From Ancylonema sp. (taxonomy: Eukaryota), in assembly GCA_050230475.1 (NCBI GenBank), contig JBFLGF010000031.1, positions 1-64,000 on the forward strand: DNA of 64,000 nucleotides, given 5' to 3'. The notes beneath the pieces were generated by a model. The model was not told where the DNA came from. It did not search any database and was given only the letters and a program-made list of their open reading frames with translations. A program made the position numbers and the translations under genes. Within the stretch, counting starts at the first letter, position 1, and each line of letters starts with the position of its first letter. Shown here piece by piece: positions 62,278 through 64,000 of the stretch.

Positions 62278-64000
62278 AATCAATGATCACGCTCCGTACG
62301 CAGGCATCAGTCTGACGTCACCAGCAGCTATTTGTAGAGGGGCTGCCCCACAAAGGTGGCATCCCGTGAAGGCATCTGCATCTGCAGCCTCCTTTTTCGT
62401 TGGCAGGTAAGTCCCGTGCTCGCGTGCTCTACGTCCGACTGGACGACTATGTGGCAGTGCTCTGGTAACTTAACCCACGCGCGGAGGCAAACGGGCGGCA
62501 AATTCGAGGCAGCATTTCGTCAGTGCTGAATCCGTACAGCCTTGAAAACCCGTGCGTAAGATTGAGGCTGCCGGTCATGACGGTTGTATGGTTCTGCGGA
62601 TTAAGCAACGCAGAAATCGAAGGCAGAAATCGGGGGCCAACGAAAGTGTCGGGAAAAAATTGTAAGATAAGAATAGTGGCACATATTGACCCGTTTCCGC
62701 TATTCTGCGCCGAGCAATTTTATTTACCCTGTCGCGAGCGAACGTGACTGAGCTTGTGGCTTACGTGGAACTCATTGCGCTCCTGTCGCAAATGCCATCA
62801 GAAGAGCTCAGCATCTTGATAGTAATCTCCACGCAAGCAATTACGTTGACACCTCGACGTTTATTATGTTACATGCCCATCATATATTTCTGTGTGCGAC
62901 AAACATTGTTGGCGAAATTGACGTCAAACCAACATGCCTTGAAAGTATATGGCGTGAAGCAACATAGAAAGTTTTACTAGGTGAAACCAACCTTTTGGTC
63001 GAGCGACATTTACTCACCTTACACCATGCTGCCTACATAGAATCGAAGCGGCCATGTATATTGTTGTTGCAATTTTTTTGTAGCAAGGTGGTCACGGAGA
63101 CCCATGCTATACAGTATTATGTACGCAACCATCCCTTATTTGATGAAGGGATAAATGGATGTAGAGCAATTAGAACAAGAAAAGAGGGAACAAGGGAGAG
63201 TCGTGGTCGTTTATAAAACTCCTTTGCTGCCCTCTATTTAGCGCTAGGGTGCCATCCACACAATCATGCGCTGGATAATGTGAGTTCCGGGCTAAACATT
63301 GTCACATCGACATTGTGATCATTTCACGCTTACCCCCATCGTCATACACGTGAAAAGTAGAATGCCAATAAGAGCCTCCCTTCCATCTTTCCAAAAATCC
63401 ACCTTTTGCCAATCCTCCAATCACAACGCCACGAATATTGAGAGCAAATACTGTGTTCAAGGTCTAGTAACCTAAGCTTTATCATAGAATCCACTCACCC
63501 TGGAGGGACTTGTGCGAGGTAACACAATCCGATGACGCGATCCCCAGCAAAACGTTTTTTCTGCAGGGTGTTGACGGCCCCTCAACATTTGCACCCCTTG
63601 AACCTGAACAACCTCATGGTTCATTTCACTCATTTGTTAATGAACGTGCATAAATGTATGGCTAGAAAGCTAGACAACCTACGAAACAAGAAGCAATGAA
63701 AGTTAGCTCATCATCCACACCACCATCCATCCATCGTCATCTTCATCACCACTTTTGGCTTGTGTGTTGCAAATGTGTTGAGCGGCGCTCCACAAATTAC
63801 CTAGTATTCTTATATTAAGATTGGACGTGGTCTAGTTGGCCTCACCTATGGCAGATCCGAGTGTCCAGGATCTAAAGGCAAAGCCTTAGACAAAGGAGGT
63901 TCTTGAGGAATTGTAGGAGTGGATTTTTTTTATCCACACGCTCGTCATTTCCTGGTTCTCCCATAATTATCGGTGTTCTATTCCCCTCCACGTCAAAAAA

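Noticed and set aside
63300..63600. hAT transposase C-terminal relic on the minus strand
   Set aside because: Weak motif resemblance interrupted by several stops; insufficient evidence.

Overview
Eukaryotic, intron-rich genomic DNA. The host proteins resemble land-plant homologues, so a streptophyte (probably a charophyte alga) is inferred. Seven spliced housekeeping genes can be reconstructed by hand: TAF10 (-), a PDIL5-2/TMX3-like protein disulfide isomerase (+), glycerol kinase (-), a NECAP-like adaptor (-), SmD1 (-), RNA polymerase III subunit RPC9 (+) and a kinase-fibrillin protein of the FBN11/PAP14/ORG1 type (-). Between the genes lie many transposon relics: hAT MITEs with 8-bp TSDs, Tc1/pogo MITEs with TA TSDs, a foldback element, and a 4-kb Ty1/copia element with both catalytic cores deleted. 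The most unusual feature is an 8.4-kb retroelement at 2049-10413. It has Ty3/Gypsy-type signals: Gag with two CCHC knuckles, an aspartic protease, a polypurine tract and a Tf1-like self-priming site. Its LTRs, however, are circularly permuted (A1-internal-B1-A2-B2) with no TSD. It also carries a C5 DNA-methyltransferase-like domain whose catalytic residues are replaced, and shows no recognisable RT, RNase H, integrase or recombinase. All calls were made by eye; no database search was run.
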